Source of the DNA: Pseudomonadota bacterium
GTDB lineage: Bacteria > Pseudomonadota > Gammaproteobacteria > Burkholderiales > Thiobacillaceae
Length of the DNA: 64,000 nucleotides
Direction: 5' to 3'
NCBI GenBank assembly: GCA_021791095.1
Contig: JAJYXG010000072.1
Location: 2,992 to 66,991 of the forward strand
Below the pieces are notes generated by a model. That model saw only the letters and a program-made list of their open reading frames with translations, was not told where the DNA came from and searched no databases. Positions 21,227 through 32,228 of the stretch are shown in pieces; position 1 is the first letter of the stretch, and every line of letters starts with the position of its first letter. The position numbers and the translations under genes are program-made.

Positions 21227-24200
21227 TCACTGTTCCCTGACCAGCCCCCATTGCTTGACCAGGGCATAGATCGCCGGGATCACCGCCAGCGTCAGCACCG
21301 TCGACGAGATCATGCCGCCCACCATCGGCGCCGCGATGCGGCTCATGACCTCAGAGCCGGTTCCGGTGCCCCACATGATGGGCAAGAGGCCGGCCATGAT
21401 CGCGACCACCGTCATCATCTTGGGGCGGACGCGTTCGACGGCCCCCTCCATCACGGCCGCGTAAAGCTCGGCCGTGCCCGGCGCCCGCCCGGATGTCCGG
21501 CATCGCGCCTGCGCGGCCTCCCAGGCGTGGTCCAGGTAGATCAGCATCACCACGCCGGTCTCGGCCGCCACCCCGGCGAGCGCGATGAAGCCCACCGCCA
21601 CCGCGACCGACAGGTTGTAGTCGAGCAGCCACATCAGCCAGATCCCGCCCACCAGGGCAAACGGCACCGAGAGCATGACGATCAGTGTTTCAGTGAGCCG
21701 CCTGAAGTTGAGATAGAGCAGGACGAAGATGATCAGCAGCGTCACCGGGATGACGATCTTCATCTTTCCGATGGCGCGCTCCATGTATTCGAACTGGCCG
21801 CTCCAGGTGATGTAGTAGCCGGGGGGGAACTTCACCTGCTCGGCGACCGCCTTGCGCGCCTCGGCCACGTAGGAACCGATATCGCGGTCGCGGATGTCGA
21901 CGAAGATATAGGCAGACAGTAGGGCATTCTCGGTGCGGATCCCGGCCGTGCCTCGGGCGATTTCCACCCGGGCAAGCTGGCCGAGCGGGATCATCGCGCC
22001 CTCCATGGTCGGCACCAGGACCTCTTGGGCGATCTGCTGCGGGCTGGACCGCAGCTCGCGCGGATAGCGGACCTGCACGCCGAATCGCTCGCGTCCCTCC
22101 ACCGTGGTCGTCACCATCTCGCCGCCGAGCGCGGTGCCGATCACCTCCTGCAGGTCGCCGACCGCGAGACCGTAGCGGGCGAGCTGTTCGCGGTCCGGCT
22201 CGATGTTAAGGTAGTAGCCGCCGGTGATGCGTTCGGCGTAAGCCGAGGTCGTGCCCGGCACGGTCTTCACCACCGCCTCGATTTCCCGGGCCAGCGCCTC
22301 CATCTCGCCCAGATCGCGGCCGAAGACCTTGATGCCGATGGGGGTGCGGATGCCGGTCGACAGCATGTCGATGCGGGCCTTGATCGGCATGGTCCAGGCG
22401 TTCGACACACCGGGGAACTGCAGGGCGCGGTCCAGTTCGGCGATCAGCTTGTCGGTCGTCATGCCGGGTCGCCATTCGGATTGCGGCCTGAGGTTGATGA
22501 CCGTCTCGAACATCTCGACCGGCGCCGGGTCGGTGGCGGTGTTGGCGCGCCCCGCCTTGCCGTAGACCGAGGCGACTTCAGGGAAACTCATGATGATCTT
22601 GTCCTGGGTCTGCAGCAGCTCGGCCGCCTTGGTGATCGACATGCCGGGTAGCGAGGACGGCATATAGAGCAGCGTGCCCTCGTTGAGCGTCGGCATGAAC
22701 TCGCTACCAAGCCGCGATGCCGGATAGATCGACACAGCCAACGCCAGCAGGGCCGCCAGGACGGTCGTTTTCTTCCAGCGCATCACCCAGGCGATGATGG
22801 GACGGTAAACCCAGATCAGGAAGCGGTTCACCGGGTTCCTAGCCTCAGGCAGGATGCGGCCGCGGATGAACAGCAGCATCAGCACCGGAACCAGCGTGAC
22901 CGACAGCAGCGCTGCGCCGGCCATGGCGAAGGTCTTGGTGTAGGCGAGCGGCGAGAACAGCCGGCCCTCCTGGGCTTCGAGCGTGAATACCGGCAGGAAG
23001 GACACGGTGATGATGAGCAGCGAGAAGAACAGCGCGGGGCCGACTTCCCTGCACGCCGCGATCATGGCGTCGAAGCGATTCCGGGGACCATGTTCGGGCG
23101 GCAACCGCTCCAGATGCTTGTGCGCGTTCTCGATCATCACGATCGCCGCATCCACCATCGCGCCGATCGCGATGGCGATGCCGCCGAGGCTCATCAGGTT
23201 GGAGTTCATGCCGAGCAGGCGCATGGCGATGAAGGCGATCAGCACGCCGACCGGCAGCATCAGGATGGCGACAAGCGCCGATCGCACGTGCAGCAGGAAA
23301 ATGATGCAGACCGCCGCCACGATCAGACTTTCCTCGATCAGCGTGGTCTTCAGCGTTTCAATGGCGCGGTGGATCAGCTCGGAGCGGTCGTAGACCGCCT
23401 GGATCGTCACCCCCTCGGGCAGGCCGGCGGCGATCTCGGCAATCTTGGCCTTGAGATTGCCGATGACCTCGAGCGCATTGGCGCCATAGCGCGCCATGGC
23501 GATGCCAGACACCACCTCGCCCTCGCCGTTCAGCTCAGTGAGGCCGCGCCGCTCGTCCGGCACCAACTCGACCCGCGCGATGTCGCGGATCAGCACCGGC
23601 GTGCCCGCCTCGCTTTTCACCACCAGACTCTCGAGATCGGCCTTGCCGCGCAGGTAGCCCTTGCCGCGCACCATGTACTCGGTCTCGGCCATTTCCACGA
23701 CGCGTCCACCGACATCGCGGTTGGAATCGCGGATGACCTGGGACACCCGCGACAGCGGAATCGCGTAGGCACGCAGCTTCACCGGATCCACCGTCACCTG
23801 GTAGGTCTGGACGAAGCCGCCAATCGACGCGACTTCGGCCACCCCCTGCGCCTTGGTCAGCTGGTAGCGCACATACCAGTCCTGGATCGTGCGCAGCTCC
23901 GCCAGCGTCCTGTCCTTCGCCAGCAGCACGTACTGATATACCCAGCCAACCCCGGTCGCGTCCGGCCCGAGCGCCGGGGATACGCCCTTGGGCAGGCGGC
24001 CGGAGGCGAAGTTGAGGTATTCCAGCACGCGCGAGCGCGCCCAGTAGATGTCGGTGCCGTCTTCAAAGATCACGTAGACGAAGGATGCGCCGAAGAAGGA
24101 GAACCCACGCACCACCCTGGATTGGGGGACGGCGAGCATGGACGTGGTCAACGGATAGGTGACCTGGTCCTCGACCACCTGCGGTGCCTGCCCGGGATAT

Positions 24201-24355
24201 TCGGTGTAGATGATGACCTGCACGTCGGACAGGTCCGGCAATGCGTCGAGCGGGGTTTTTGCCACCGCGTAGACGCCGCCGATGACGACGAACAGCGTGG
24301 CGAGCAGGACGAGAAAGCGGTTCCTGCCCGACCATTCGATGAGGTGGGCCAGCAT
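21227..24355 (-). CDS. cusA: CusA/SilA heavy-metal RND permease
   Basis: [55 protein letters not shown]. Confidence 0.95.
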   Translation of the reverse strand: MLAHLIEWSGRNRFLVLLATLFVVIGGVYAVAKTPLDALPDLSDVQVIIYTEYPGQAPQVVEDQVTYPLTTSMLAVPQSRVVRGFSFFGASFVYVIFEDGTDIYWARSRVLEYLNFASGRLPKGVSPALGPDATGVGWVYQYVLLAKDRTLAELRTIQDWYVRYQLTKAQGVAEVASIGGFVQTYQVTVDPVKLRAYAIPLSRVSQVIRDSNRDVGGRVVEMAETEYMVRGKGYLRGKADLESLVVKSEAGTPVLIRDIARVELVPDERRGLTELNGEGEVVSGIAMARYGANALEVIGNLKAKIAEIAAGLPEGVTIQAVYDRSELIHRAIETLKTTLIEESLIVAAVCIIFLLHVRSALVAILMLPVGVLIAFIAMRLLGMNSNLMSLGGIAIAIGAMVDAAIVMIENAHKHLERLPPEHGPRNRFDAMIAACREVGPALFFSLLIITVSFLPVFTLEAQEGRLFSPLAYTKTFAMAGAALLSVTLVPVLMLLFIRGRILPEARNPVNRFLIWVYRPIIAWVMRWKKTTVLAALLALAVSIYPASRLGSEFMPTLNEGTLLYMPSSLPGMSITKAAELLQTQDKIIMSFPEVASVYGKAGRANTATDPAPVEMFETVINLRPQSEWRPGMTTDKLIAELDRALQFPGVSNAWTMPIKARIDMLSTGIRTPIGIKVFGRDLGEMEALAREIEAVVKTVPGTTSAYAERITGGYYLNIEPDREQLARYGLAVGDLQEVIGTALGGEMVTTTVEGRERFGVQVRYPRELRSSPQQIAQEVLVPTMEGAMIPLGQLARVEIARGTAGIRTENALLSAYIFVDIRDRDIGSYVAEARKAVAEQVKFPPGYYITWSGQFEYMERAIGKMKIVIPVTLLIIFVLLYLNFRRLTETLIVMLSVPFALVGGIWLMWLLDYNLSVAVAVGFIALAGVAAETGVVMLIYLDHAWEAAQARCRTSGRAPGTAELYAAVMEGAVERVRPKMMTVVAIMAGLLPIMWGTGTGSEVMSRIAAPMVGGMISSTVLTLAVIPAIYALVKQWGLVREQ

Positions 24356-24365
24356 GGCGTTCCCG

Positions 24366-25952
24366 TCAGTGCCCGCTGCGCGATTCGGGGCGCACGGGCT
24401 GGCCGGCAGCCGGCATGATGCGGGTGATGACCCATTCTCCCGGCTGCCGCTCGACGAACTCGAACGCCACTGCCGCACCCGGTTTCAACCCCTTGAGCAG
24501 GGCAGCGTTGGCGACCTTGAACTCCATCGTCATGGGCGACCATTGCAGCGAAGCCACCGGGCCGTGATTGATGCTGATCATGCCAGCCTCGGGGTCGAGA
24601 CCATCTATCGCGCCTTCCGCCAGATGTCCCGCCCCGCTCGCACGCGGCAGGGCGCCCGACGCCGGGCTGCCTTGGCCGCCCATACTGCCGACCGCGGCCT
24701 TGAGGTTGCTTTCGGCGTCGATCAGGAAATTGGCCGCGACCACGACTGGCTCGCCTTCCTCGACCCCGTCGAGCACCTCCACGTAATGCGCGTCGCGCCC
24801 CCCGAGCCGGACCTCGCGCGGCTCGAAGCGGCCTTCCCCGGCCTGGACCAGCACGATGCGGCGGGTGCCGCTGTCGATCACCGCCGACTCGGGAACGGCC
24901 AGCACCTGGGCCTGGCCGTCGACCGACAACGCCACGTCGGCGAACATGGCGGGCTTGAGCAGCATTCCGGGGTTGGCCAGCTCGACGCGGACCGGAACGG
25001 TGCGGGTCCCGGCCGTCAGGGTCGGGTACACGTACGTGATCCGTCCCTCGAACACCTTGCCCGGATAGGCGTTGACCGTCACCTGTGCCCGCCCTCCCCG
25101 TTTGACGAGGCCGATGTCCTGCTCGAACACGTCCGCGATGATCCAGACCGATGACAGGTCGGTGACCTGGTACAGGGTTTCGCCTGGCATGAAGCGCATG
25201 CCCTGCAGTGCTTTCTTGTCGGTCACGATGCCGGAGACCGGCGAGCGAAAAGTCAGGGTGCGCTTCGCCTCGCCCGAGCGGGCCAGCGCCTTCACCTGGG
25301 CGTCGGAGATGTCCCAGTTCTTCAGTCGCGCCAGGCTCGACTCGGCAAGCTGGCGCATCCCGCTGCTTGCCGTGCTGTCGGCTTCTTTCATCGCCTGCAC
25401 GCCCTCGATGGCGAGCGCGTATTCCCGCTGCGCGGAAACCAGTTCCGGGCTGTAGACCTCGAACAGCGGCTGTCCCTTGCCCACGCCCTGGCCGGTGACG
25501 TTGACATGCAGGCGCTCGATGTAACCCTCGAACTTGGGCGCGATCGCATACACCCGACGCTCGTCCGGCTCGACGCGTCCGGCGGCGCGAACGAGCCTGT
25601 CCAGCACCCGCAGGCTGGCGACTTCGGTCCTGACGCCCAGTTTCTGGACCTTCTCGGTGCTGATCCTGACCTGGGGGGCGCCGCCCTCGCCGCCGGCGTC
25701 CTCCTCGCCTTCGTAGACCGCGATGTAGTCCATCCCCATCGGGTCCTTCTTCGGCACCGGCGACGTGTCGGGCAGCCCCATCGGATTGCGGTAATACAGG
25801 AGCTTGCGCTGCGGCGCCGCACCGCCGTTCGCCGACGCCTTCATCGCGGGCTCGCCAGGCTGTCCGCTGCGCGTTCCCAGCCAGAATCCCCCCCCTGCGG
25901 CCAATGCCACCGCAGAAATCAGGCCGATGGCCCATCCCATGCGCCTCTTCAT
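24366..25952 (-). CDS. cusB: CusB-like adaptor with C-terminal CusF domain
   Basis: YYRNPMG..KKDPMGMDY, YSPEL, LKPAMF, FLIDAES; tail HGPVASLQWSPMTMEF. Confidence 0.9.
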   Translation of the reverse strand: MKRRMGWAIGLISAVALAAGGGFWLGTRSGQPGEPAMKASANGGAAPQRKLLYYRNPMGLPDTSPVPKKDPMGMDYIAVYEGEEDAGGEGGAPQVRISTEKVQKLGVRTEVASLRVLDRLVRAAGRVEPDERRVYAIAPKFEGYIERLHVNVTGQGVGKGQPLFEVYSPELVSAQREYALAIEGVQAMKEADSTASSGMRQLAESSLARLKNWDISDAQVKALARSGEAKRTLTFRSPVSGIVTDKKALQGMRFMPGETLYQVTDLSSVWIIADVFEQDIGLVKRGGRAQVTVNAYPGKVFEGRITYVYPTLTAGTRTVPVRVELANPGMLLKPAMFADVALSVDGQAQVLAVPESAVIDSGTRRIVLVQAGEGRFEPREVRLGGRDAHYVEVLDGVEEGEPVVVAANFLIDAESNLKAAVGSMGGQGSPASGALPRASGAGHLAEGAIDGLDPEAGMISINHGPVASLQWSPMTMEFKVANAALLKGLKPGAAVAFEFVERQPGEWVITRIMPAAGQPVRPESRSGH

Positions 25953-27223
25953 AGGTCCTCTCCCAGGAGCCGCTCGATTTCCGCCAGCCTGACCTGCATC
26001 TCGAGCTCGGCCTTGAGACGTCCGAGCCGGGCCTGAAGGATCTGGCGCTGCGCATCCAGCAGGGTCGCGAAATCGATTTTTCCGGTTTCGTAGCCCGCCA
26101 GCGCGGCGCGGAAGCCGAGCTCCGCCTGGGGCAGCAGGCTGCCGGCGGTCAGGCTCTCGGTGCGGCGGGCAGCCTCGATGCCGGCGAGATGCTCCGCCAG
26201 TTCGGCAAGCACCTGATTGGACAGCGCCTCGGCACGTGCACGGGCAGCGGACAGCATGGCTTCCGACTCGCGCTGCTGGGCGCGGCGCGAGGCTTGCTGC
26301 AAGGGCAGGTTGAGCTCGACCATCAGCTCCCATTCCTCGATCGCGTTCCCGTACTGGATCGGCGAAACCCCAAGGGTGAAATCCGGATAGCGGTTCCGGT
26401 AGGCGAGTTCGCGGTTCTTCTCGGCCGACCCGATGCGCGCGCGCTCGGTGAAAAGCAGCGGATTCCTCGCGCGAACCCGTTCCTCGAGCGTGGCATACTC
26501 CAGTTGCGATGGCGGTGGTACAGGACGCAGTTGCCCCGGTTCGGCCAGCGGTGCGCCGGCAGGCCTGGCAAGCAAGGCATTCATGCGTGCCTGCAGCTGG
26601 CGGCGCTCGTTTTCCAGCGCGATCAGCTCGGCCCGCATGCCGGTCTGCTCGACCTGCGCGCGCACGACGTCCTGTTGCACCGCCAGGCCGCCGGCGTAGC
26701 GAACCCGCGCAATCCTTTCCAGACGCTCCATGAGATCGAGGACTTCGCGGCCGTAGCGCTCGCTGCGGTAGGCGGAATAAAGCTGGGCGTAGACCGACTT
26801 GATGCGTGCCGCGAGTTCCGCCCAGTTTCCCCGGGCCTGGCCCCTGGTGCCCTCGGCGTCGAGTTCGGCGGCCTGCCGTCTCAGGTCGCGCTTGCCGAAC
26901 CAGGGAACGTCCTGCATCAGCAGATAGCGGGTACTGCCGACGCGGCTGGGAGAAAGCGTCGGGCTCTGCTCGCCAAACCTGGTGATGTCGCGCAGTTCGA
27001 CACGGAGCCTGGGGTCGGGCAAGGCGGCGACCGGCGTCACCCGCTCGGCGGCGGCATCGGCCTCCAGGCGCATGGCCGAATATTCGGGATTGTGCTCCCT
27101 GGCGTATTCGAGAAGGGACTCGATGCCGGCGCCCGGTAGTTGATCCTGGGCCTGGGCTAGCGCTCCCCCGAGCCCGGTCAGGGCGACCAGAAGGCATCCT
27201 GACACGCCAAGTGTTCTTCTCAT
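25949..27223 (-). CDS. cusC: TolC-family outer-membrane factor of the Cus system
   Basis: LPDP, PWFGKR, YPDF, YETGKIDFATLLDAQ; ATGA overlap with cusB. Confidence 0.85.
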   Translation of the reverse strand: MRRTLGVSGCLLVALTGLGGALAQAQDQLPGAGIESLLEYAREHNPEYSAMRLEADAAAERVTPVAALPDPRLRVELRDITRFGEQSPTLSPSRVGSTRYLLMQDVPWFGKRDLRRQAAELDAEGTRGQARGNWAELAARIKSVYAQLYSAYRSERYGREVLDLMERLERIARVRYAGGLAVQQDVVRAQVEQTGMRAELIALENERRQLQARMNALLARPAGAPLAEPGQLRPVPPPSQLEYATLEERVRARNPLLFTERARIGSAEKNRELAYRNRYPDFTLGVSPIQYGNAIEEWELMVELNLPLQQASRRAQQRESEAMLSAARARAEALSNQVLAELAEHLAGIEAARRTESLTAGSLLPQAELGFRAALAGYETGKIDFATLLDAQRQILQARLGRLKAELEMQVRLAEIERLLGEDL

Positions 27224-27322
27224 GTGCCCCCCTCGATACGCACGAATTCCCCTCGGTCAGTTCTTTGAATGCGCCTGGACTACGCCTGCGTGTTGGTCAT
27301 GGATCCCGGCCCGCTCCGTCCC

Positions 27323-27532
27323 TCAATCCGTCAGATCGGCACGCTGTTTCAGAAACGTTTCCCGATCGATTTCACCCCGGGCATAGCGTGCCTCCAGGAT
27401 GTCCAGTGCCGTCCGCCCGGATGTGCCGTTCCGGCCGCGCAAGGCATACACGATGCCCGCGACCAGCAGGATGGGGATCAGCCAGACCAGCACCATGCCC
27501 CAGCCCATCCCGTAATGCTCGAACCCCCACAT
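27323..27532 (-). CDS. Small membrane protein with SHOCT domain
   Basis: MGWGM TM helix and ALDILEARYARGEIDRETF; GGAG RBS. Confidence 0.8.
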   Translation of the reverse strand: MWGFEHYGMGWGMVLVWLIPILLVAGIVYALRGRNGTSGRTALDILEARYARGEIDRETFLKQRADLTD

Positions 27533-27625
27533 ACCCGTTCTCCTGTCCGGATTGGCGCAAGCGCCGCGGCACGCCTCCGTCCCGCAGGTTGCAACTGCAG
27601 GATGGACGCCATGCCTTGTTATAGA

Positions 27626-27916
27626 TCAGTCGTTCAGCACGGACCCGTAGGTATTGCCGTTGCCTTTCTCCGGGGCGTGGCTGTCGCCTGCCTTGTGCGG
27701 CACGTGCGTTTCGCCCGCCTGGAGGTCGAGCAGGACCGAGCCGTAGACGTCGCCGGTGCCCCGTTCGGGCTCATGGCTATCCCCGGCCGCGTGAGGGAAA
27801 TGACTGTCATGCACGTTGGTGATGCTCTGCTGCAGATCAGGGTTGCTGTTCTGGTGGTAGGCCCAGGCCGGGGTCACCAGCAGGGCGAGCGTGATAGATG
27901 CGATTGCGAATTTCAT
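27626..27916 (-). CDS. Small exported His-rich repeat protein
   Basis: AGGAG RBS, signal peptide (PAWA), two 26-aa repeats. Confidence 0.75.
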   Translation of the reverse strand: MKFAIASITLALLVTPAWAYHQNSNPDLQQSITNVHDSHFPHAAGDSHEPERGTGDVYGSVLLDLQAGETHVPHKAGDSHAPEKGNGNTYGSVLND

Positions 27917-27966
27917 GGTGTGCTCCTTTCATGGGAGAGCGTGGTCTGCGGACGTGTCCGCGCGAC

Positions 27967-28446
27967 TCACTTGGGGGGGGATGCAGGGGCGGCCTGCGGC
28001 ATGCCCATGTTCTTCTGCATCATCATCTGCATCATGTCCATGCGCTTCTCCATCATCTCCATGCGCCTGGCCATCATGTCGTCACTGCCGGACATGCCCG
28101 GTCCCATCATGCCCATGCCTCCTCCCATCATGCCGTCCTTCATCATCGGGCAGTCCATCATTCCGCCGCCCATCATGCCTTTCCCCGCCATCATGTTTTC
28201 CTGCATGGTCTGCATATGCTCCTGCAGCAGTTTCTGGCGCTGAGCCGGATCTTTGGACTTGGCCATTTGCTCCAACTGGCTTTGCATTCGCCTGGTGTTG
28301 GCCTGCATCTTCTGGATCGTCTGATCGGCAGAGGGCGCGGCTGCACCGGCTTTCTGGTCGGGGTGATGTGCGTCTTCCGCGAGAACGGGCTGCATGGCCA
28401 TGGCAGTCAACATCAGGGTGGCAATCAATGCGGTGGTGCGTTTCAT
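27967..28446 (-). CDS. Exported Met-rich helical protein (putative Cu/Ag binder)
   Basis: AGGAG RBS; signal peptide; EDAHH; LLQEHMQTMQENM; MMGG repeats; RMDMMQMMMQ. Confidence 0.8.
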   Translation of the reverse strand: MKRTTALIATLMLTAMAMQPVLAEDAHHPDQKAGAAAPSADQTIQKMQANTRRMQSQLEQMAKSKDPAQRQKLLQEHMQTMQENMMAGKGMMGGGMMDCPMMKDGMMGGGMGMMGPGMSGSDDMMARRMEMMEKRMDMMQMMMQKNMGMPQAAPASPPK

Positions 28447-28480
28447 GTTCGACTCCTTCTTGACGTGGGATAAATGAACC

Positions 28481-28816
28481 TCAGGGTTTGGCTACTTCGA
28501 GCGTGGTGACGGTGAATGTGCCGTTCGTCCTGTCAGCGCGGAACCGGACCGTGTCGCCTGGCTTCACCCGATCGAGCCAGATGGGATCCTGGACACGAAA
28601 AACCATGGTCATGCCGGGCATGTCGAAGTTCTCGAGCGGGCCGTGCTTGAGGGTGAGCTTGCCTTGCGCCTTGTCCACTTTCCTGACCACGCCTTCGCTG
28701 AGGGCGGTTGCGTGTGCCGCGGCGCCGGCATGGTCAGGATGATTCGACTCGGCCCAGGCAGGGAACCCGATGGCAAGCCCCAGTCCCAGGGCGAGGGAAG
28801 TCAGGGTGGATTTCAT
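28481..28816 (-). CDS. cusF: CusF-family periplasmic copper chaperone
   Basis: Signal peptide; GVVRKVD..LKHGPLENFDMPGMTMVF. Confidence 0.88.
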   Translation of the reverse strand: MKSTLTSLALGLGLAIGFPAWAESNHPDHAGAAAHATALSEGVVRKVDKAQGKLTLKHGPLENFDMPGMTMVFRVQDPIWLDRVKPGDTVRFRADRTNGTFTVTTLEVAKP

Positions 28817-28934
28817 AAGTAAGCACTCCTTGCAGGTGTTGGTGCAGACCCGGGTGGGCCTGTTCCGGTTGAACGTTGATGCCAGTGTGGACGATCGCCC
28901 CCCACGGCAAGCTGACGGTGGGATGACAATTGCG

Positions 28935-29438
28935 TCATTCAGGGATGGTCTGGGGTTTGACGACAATGCGCCCCCGCATCCCGGCCTCGTAGTGCCCGGG
29001 AATCAGGCAGGCGAAGCCGAACTCGCCTGCCTGATTGAAATGCCAGAGGATTTCGCCCTGTCGCCCCTGGCTGACATGCGCCATGTAGGCTTCGTCGTGT
29101 TCCATACCGGGAAACTTCCTCATTGCCTCGGCGTGTTCCGCCAGGGCCGCATGCGTGCCGATCACCATCTCGTGCATCATCCTGCCGTCATTGCGCAGGA
29201 TTAGGCGCACGGTCTCACCCTGCCTGATCTGGAGCGTATCGGGCTCGAATCGCATCGCGTCGGTCATGCGGATGGACACGGTTCGCCCCACGCGATCCGC
29301 CTCTCCAGCGACGCCCCATGGTTTCTGTTCTTTGACGATGGGAACCGCGGGGCTGTCGTGCCGCGCGCCGCCATGTGCCTGCGCATTGCCGCTCGCTGCT
29401 GCCAGGCTCACTGCCAGAATGAGATAAGGTTTCTTCAT
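28935..29438 (-). CDS. Periplasmic cupredoxin (CopI-like)
   Basis: MTDAMRFEP, HEMVIG, PGMEHDE, FACLIPGHYEAGM type-1 copper ligands. Confidence 0.88.
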   Translation of the reverse strand: MKKPYLILAVSLAAASGNAQAHGGARHDSPAVPIVKEQKPWGVAGEADRVGRTVSIRMTDAMRFEPDTLQIRQGETVRLILRNDGRMMHEMVIGTHAALAEHAEAMRKFPGMEHDEAYMAHVSQGRQGEILWHFNQAGEFGFACLIPGHYEAGMRGRIVVKPQTIPE

Positions 29439-29502
29439 GCGTGCCCCAGGATGGATTGAGATAGCCAATACCCTGATCCTGCTGGGACGCACCCGACGTG
29501 AA

Positions 29503-29530
29503 CCTGACCTCGGCATTACAAATCTGTCAT
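29503..29530. promoter_or_regulatory. cop/cus box (CusR/CopR site)
   Basis: CTGAC..ATTACA-AATC-TGTCAT between the divergent cupredoxin and cusR genes. Confidence 0.7.
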
Positions 29531-29590
29531 GCACCTTGTTCAGGGCGAGAGCTATGGCAGGATGCGGGTGTTCAGCACGACCTTATGTCC

Positions 29591-30283
29591 ATGAAAATCC
29601 TGATCGTCGAAGACGAGCCCAAAACGGGCGCTTACCTCAAGCAGGGCCTGACCGAGGCCGGCTTTGTCACAGACCTGGCGAACGAAGGCTGGGAAGGGCT
29701 TGAACTCGCAAAGGAGGGCCATTACGACCTGGTGATCCTCGATGTGATGCTGCCCGGGCTCAATGGCTGGCAGGTGCTCGAAGGCCTGCGCCGCGCCGGC
29801 ATCGAGGTGCCGGTGCTGTTCCTGACCGCGCGCGATCAGGTCGAGGACCGGGTCAAGGGGCTCGAGCTGGGCGCCGACGATTACCTGGTGAAGCCCTTCG
29901 CCTTTGCCGAACTGCTGGCCCGGGTGCGCACCCTCGTGCGGCGCGGACATGCGGGCCTGGAGTCCGCTGTGCTCAAGGTTGCCGACCTGGAGCTCGACCT
30001 TCTGCGCAGGCGCGCCATTCGTGACGGGCGCCGGATCGACCTGACCGCCAAGGAGTTCGCGCTGCTGGAGCTGTTTCTGCGCCGGCAGGGCGAAGTGCTG
30101 CCGCGCAGCCTGATCGCCTCCCAGGTCTGGGACATGAATTTCGATTCCGACACCAACGTCATCGACGTGGCGGTGCGGCGGCTGCGCGTGAAGATCGACG
30201 AAGGCTTCGAGCCCAAGCTCATCCACACGGTTCGCGGGATGGGCTACGTGCTGGAAGCCGGCCCGGATGGCGCGATCCCATGA
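29591..30283 (+). CDS. cusR: Heavy-metal response regulator
   Basis: [44 protein letters not shown]. Confidence 0.93.
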   Translation: MKILIVEDEPKTGAYLKQGLTEAGFVTDLANEGWEGLELAKEGHYDLVILDVMLPGLNGWQVLEGLRRAGIEVPVLFLTARDQVEDRVKGLELGADDYLVKPFAFAELLARVRTLVRRGHAGLESAVLKVADLELDLLRRRAIRDGRRIDLTAKEFALLELFLRRQGEVLPRSLIASQVWDMNFDSDTNVIDVAVRRLRVKIDEGFEPKLIHTVRGMGYVLEAGPDGAIP

Positions 30284-31698
30284 AAAGCCTGTCGCTGACC
30301 AGCCGGATCAGCCTGCTGTTCGCAGTGGCCGCTTCGCTGGTTCTGCTCGCCACCGGCCTGATCCTGACGCAGGTGGTCGAGGCCCACTTCGAGGAGGAGG
30401 ACCGCTACGAGCTGAGCGGCAAGCTGGCGCTCATCCGCAACCTGTTCAACCACGCCTCCAGCCAGCAGCTACTGGATCGTCTGCCCCAGCAGCTGGACGA
30501 CGCCCTGGTCGGCCACCAGGGGCTTGCCGTTGTCGTCACCGATGCGACGGGCAACATCTGGTTCGCCACGTCAGGTGCGAATTTCCCGCGCGCGCTGCTG
30601 CAGCGCTGCGTCAGCCAACCTCAGGAATGCCGCTCCGGGACCCTGCACCAGTGGCAACAGGGTGGCGTCAGCCACCGAGGGATGGCGGTTTCGATCACGT
30701 CGGGCAATGGCATGCCTTACACCGTGGCGGTGGCGCAGGACATCGAGCACCACGAGCATTTCATGGACAAGTTCAAGACCGTGCTGGCGGTCGCCATCGC
30801 GCTGGCCGCCCTGGCCACGGCCGCGCTGGGCTGGGTCGTGACCCGCTGGGGGCTGTCCCCGTTGCGTCAGGTCGCCGACCGGGTGGCCGGCATTTCCGCC
30901 GAACGTCTGGCCGAGCGTCTGCCGGTTGCCGGCCTGCCGGCGGAGCTCAGGCCGCTGGCGACTGCCTTCAATGCCATGCTGGCCCGGCTGGACGACTCCT
31001 TCCGCAGACTCTCCGAGTTCTCGTCCAACATCGCCCACGAGCTGCGCACCCCGATTTCCAACCTCATGACCCAGACCCAAGTGGCGCTTTCCAACGCACG
31101 CGACAAGGACGAGTACAAGGAGGTCCTCTACTCCAGCCTGGAGGAGTACGAGCGCATGGCGCAGATGGTGGGCGACATGCTCTACCTGGCGCAGGCCGAG
31201 AACGGCCTGCTCAACCCGGGGCAGGAACAGGTCGACCTTGCCAGCGAGACGCGGGATTTGTTTGACTACTTCGAAGCCTGGGCCGAGGAGCACGCGGTTG
31301 CGCTGACCCTGACCGGGACGGCCAGCGTGGTCGGCGACCGGCTGATGCTGCGACGCGCGCTCAGCAATCTGCTGTCGAACGCGATCCGGCATACGCCGCG
31401 GGGCGACGCTGTGAAGGTTTCCATGAGCAGGAACGCAGACAGCGTCACCCTTGCCGTCGAGAATCCCGGCCCGGCCATCCCGGCGGAGCATCTTCACAAG
31501 CTGTTCGACCGTTTCTACCGCGTCGACCCGTCTCGGCAACGCAACGCTGATGGCACCGGACTGGGGCTTGCCATCTGCAGATCCATCGTGGAGGCACATG
31601 GCGGGACGATCAGCGTGTCCTCCGACGACCAGAGGACGCGCTTTGTGATTGCCTTGCCCGCTTCGAAGGAACGGCTCGGGCCGGCTGGTACTGAATGA
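30280..31698 (+). CDS. cusS: Heavy-metal sensor histidine kinase
   Basis: HF..ED, two TMs, HAMP, AHELRTP, NAIRH, FDRFYR, GLGLAI. Confidence 0.93.
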   Translation: MKSLSLTSRISLLFAVAASLVLLATGLILTQVVEAHFEEEDRYELSGKLALIRNLFNHASSQQLLDRLPQQLDDALVGHQGLAVVVTDATGNIWFATSGANFPRALLQRCVSQPQECRSGTLHQWQQGGVSHRGMAVSITSGNGMPYTVAVAQDIEHHEHFMDKFKTVLAVAIALAALATAALGWVVTRWGLSPLRQVADRVAGISAERLAERLPVAGLPAELRPLATAFNAMLARLDDSFRRLSEFSSNIAHELRTPISNLMTQTQVALSNARDKDEYKEVLYSSLEEYERMAQMVGDMLYLAQAENGLLNPGQEQVDLASETRDLFDYFEAWAEEHAVALTLTGTASVVGDRLMLRRALSNLLSNAIRHTPRGDAVKVSMSRNADSVTLAVENPGPAIPAEHLHKLFDRFYRVDPSRQRNADGTGLGLAICRSIVEAHGGTISVSSDDQRTRFVIALPASKERLGPAGTE

Positions 31699-31769
31699 CC
31701 ACCCTGTCGAACCATCATAATCAGTCCGGGCCTCTTGGTAAAAACATCCGGCACGCTACAATGCCGCTC

Positions 31770-32135
31770 ATGCGCCGCCTCATCGCCCTGATCATCATGC
31801 TCATCGTTCCGCTCCAGTTCGCCTGGGCAGCGGCGGCCGGCCTGCATGGGCACGTGGCGATGGACACCGTGGGCGCGCACGTCCACGATCACGACCATCA
31901 CGATGGCGGGCACGCCAGTCATGACCTCGCCGCACTCGGCAGTACCGATGGCGAACAGCACAATGAGGACGGTCATCATGGCAGCCACTGCCACCACGTG
32001 TTCTCCTTCATCTTCCATCAGCCCGGCTCCCTGCCCGGACTGGAACTGAAGGGCGGTCCGCTTGAGCACGCGCCAGCCGCCTTCCTCAGCCGTATTCCCC
32101 CTCTGCTCGACCGTCCCCCGCTAGCGCGCGCCTGA
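31770..32135 (+). CDS. czcI: CzcI-like His-rich periplasmic protein
   Basis: PLQFAWAAA signal, His tracts, HCHH, ending in DRPP; directly upstream of czcC. Confidence 0.65.
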   Translation: MRRLIALIIMLIVPLQFAWAAAAGLHGHVAMDTVGAHVHDHDHHDGGHASHDLAALGSTDGEQHNEDGHHGSHCHHVFSFIFHQPGSLPGLELKGGPLEHAPAAFLSRIPPLLDRPPLARA

Positions 32136-32228
32136 CCGGCGCGCCCCCTGATCTGTTCGATGCGGCCTTGAGCCGCGATCCTGTCGCGCGCCGGTGTTCT
32201 TCGCCCTGTTTCTTACACGAGGAAAACC

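Noticed and set aside
24366-27197. 943-aa ORF suggesting a giant CusB fusion
   Set aside because: The N-terminal ~414 aa is an alternative frame overlapping cusC; the real start is the ATGA-coupled ATG at 25952.
28010-28200. CAT-rich tandem-like DNA repeats
   Set aside because: They are simply the Met codons of the Met-rich protein.
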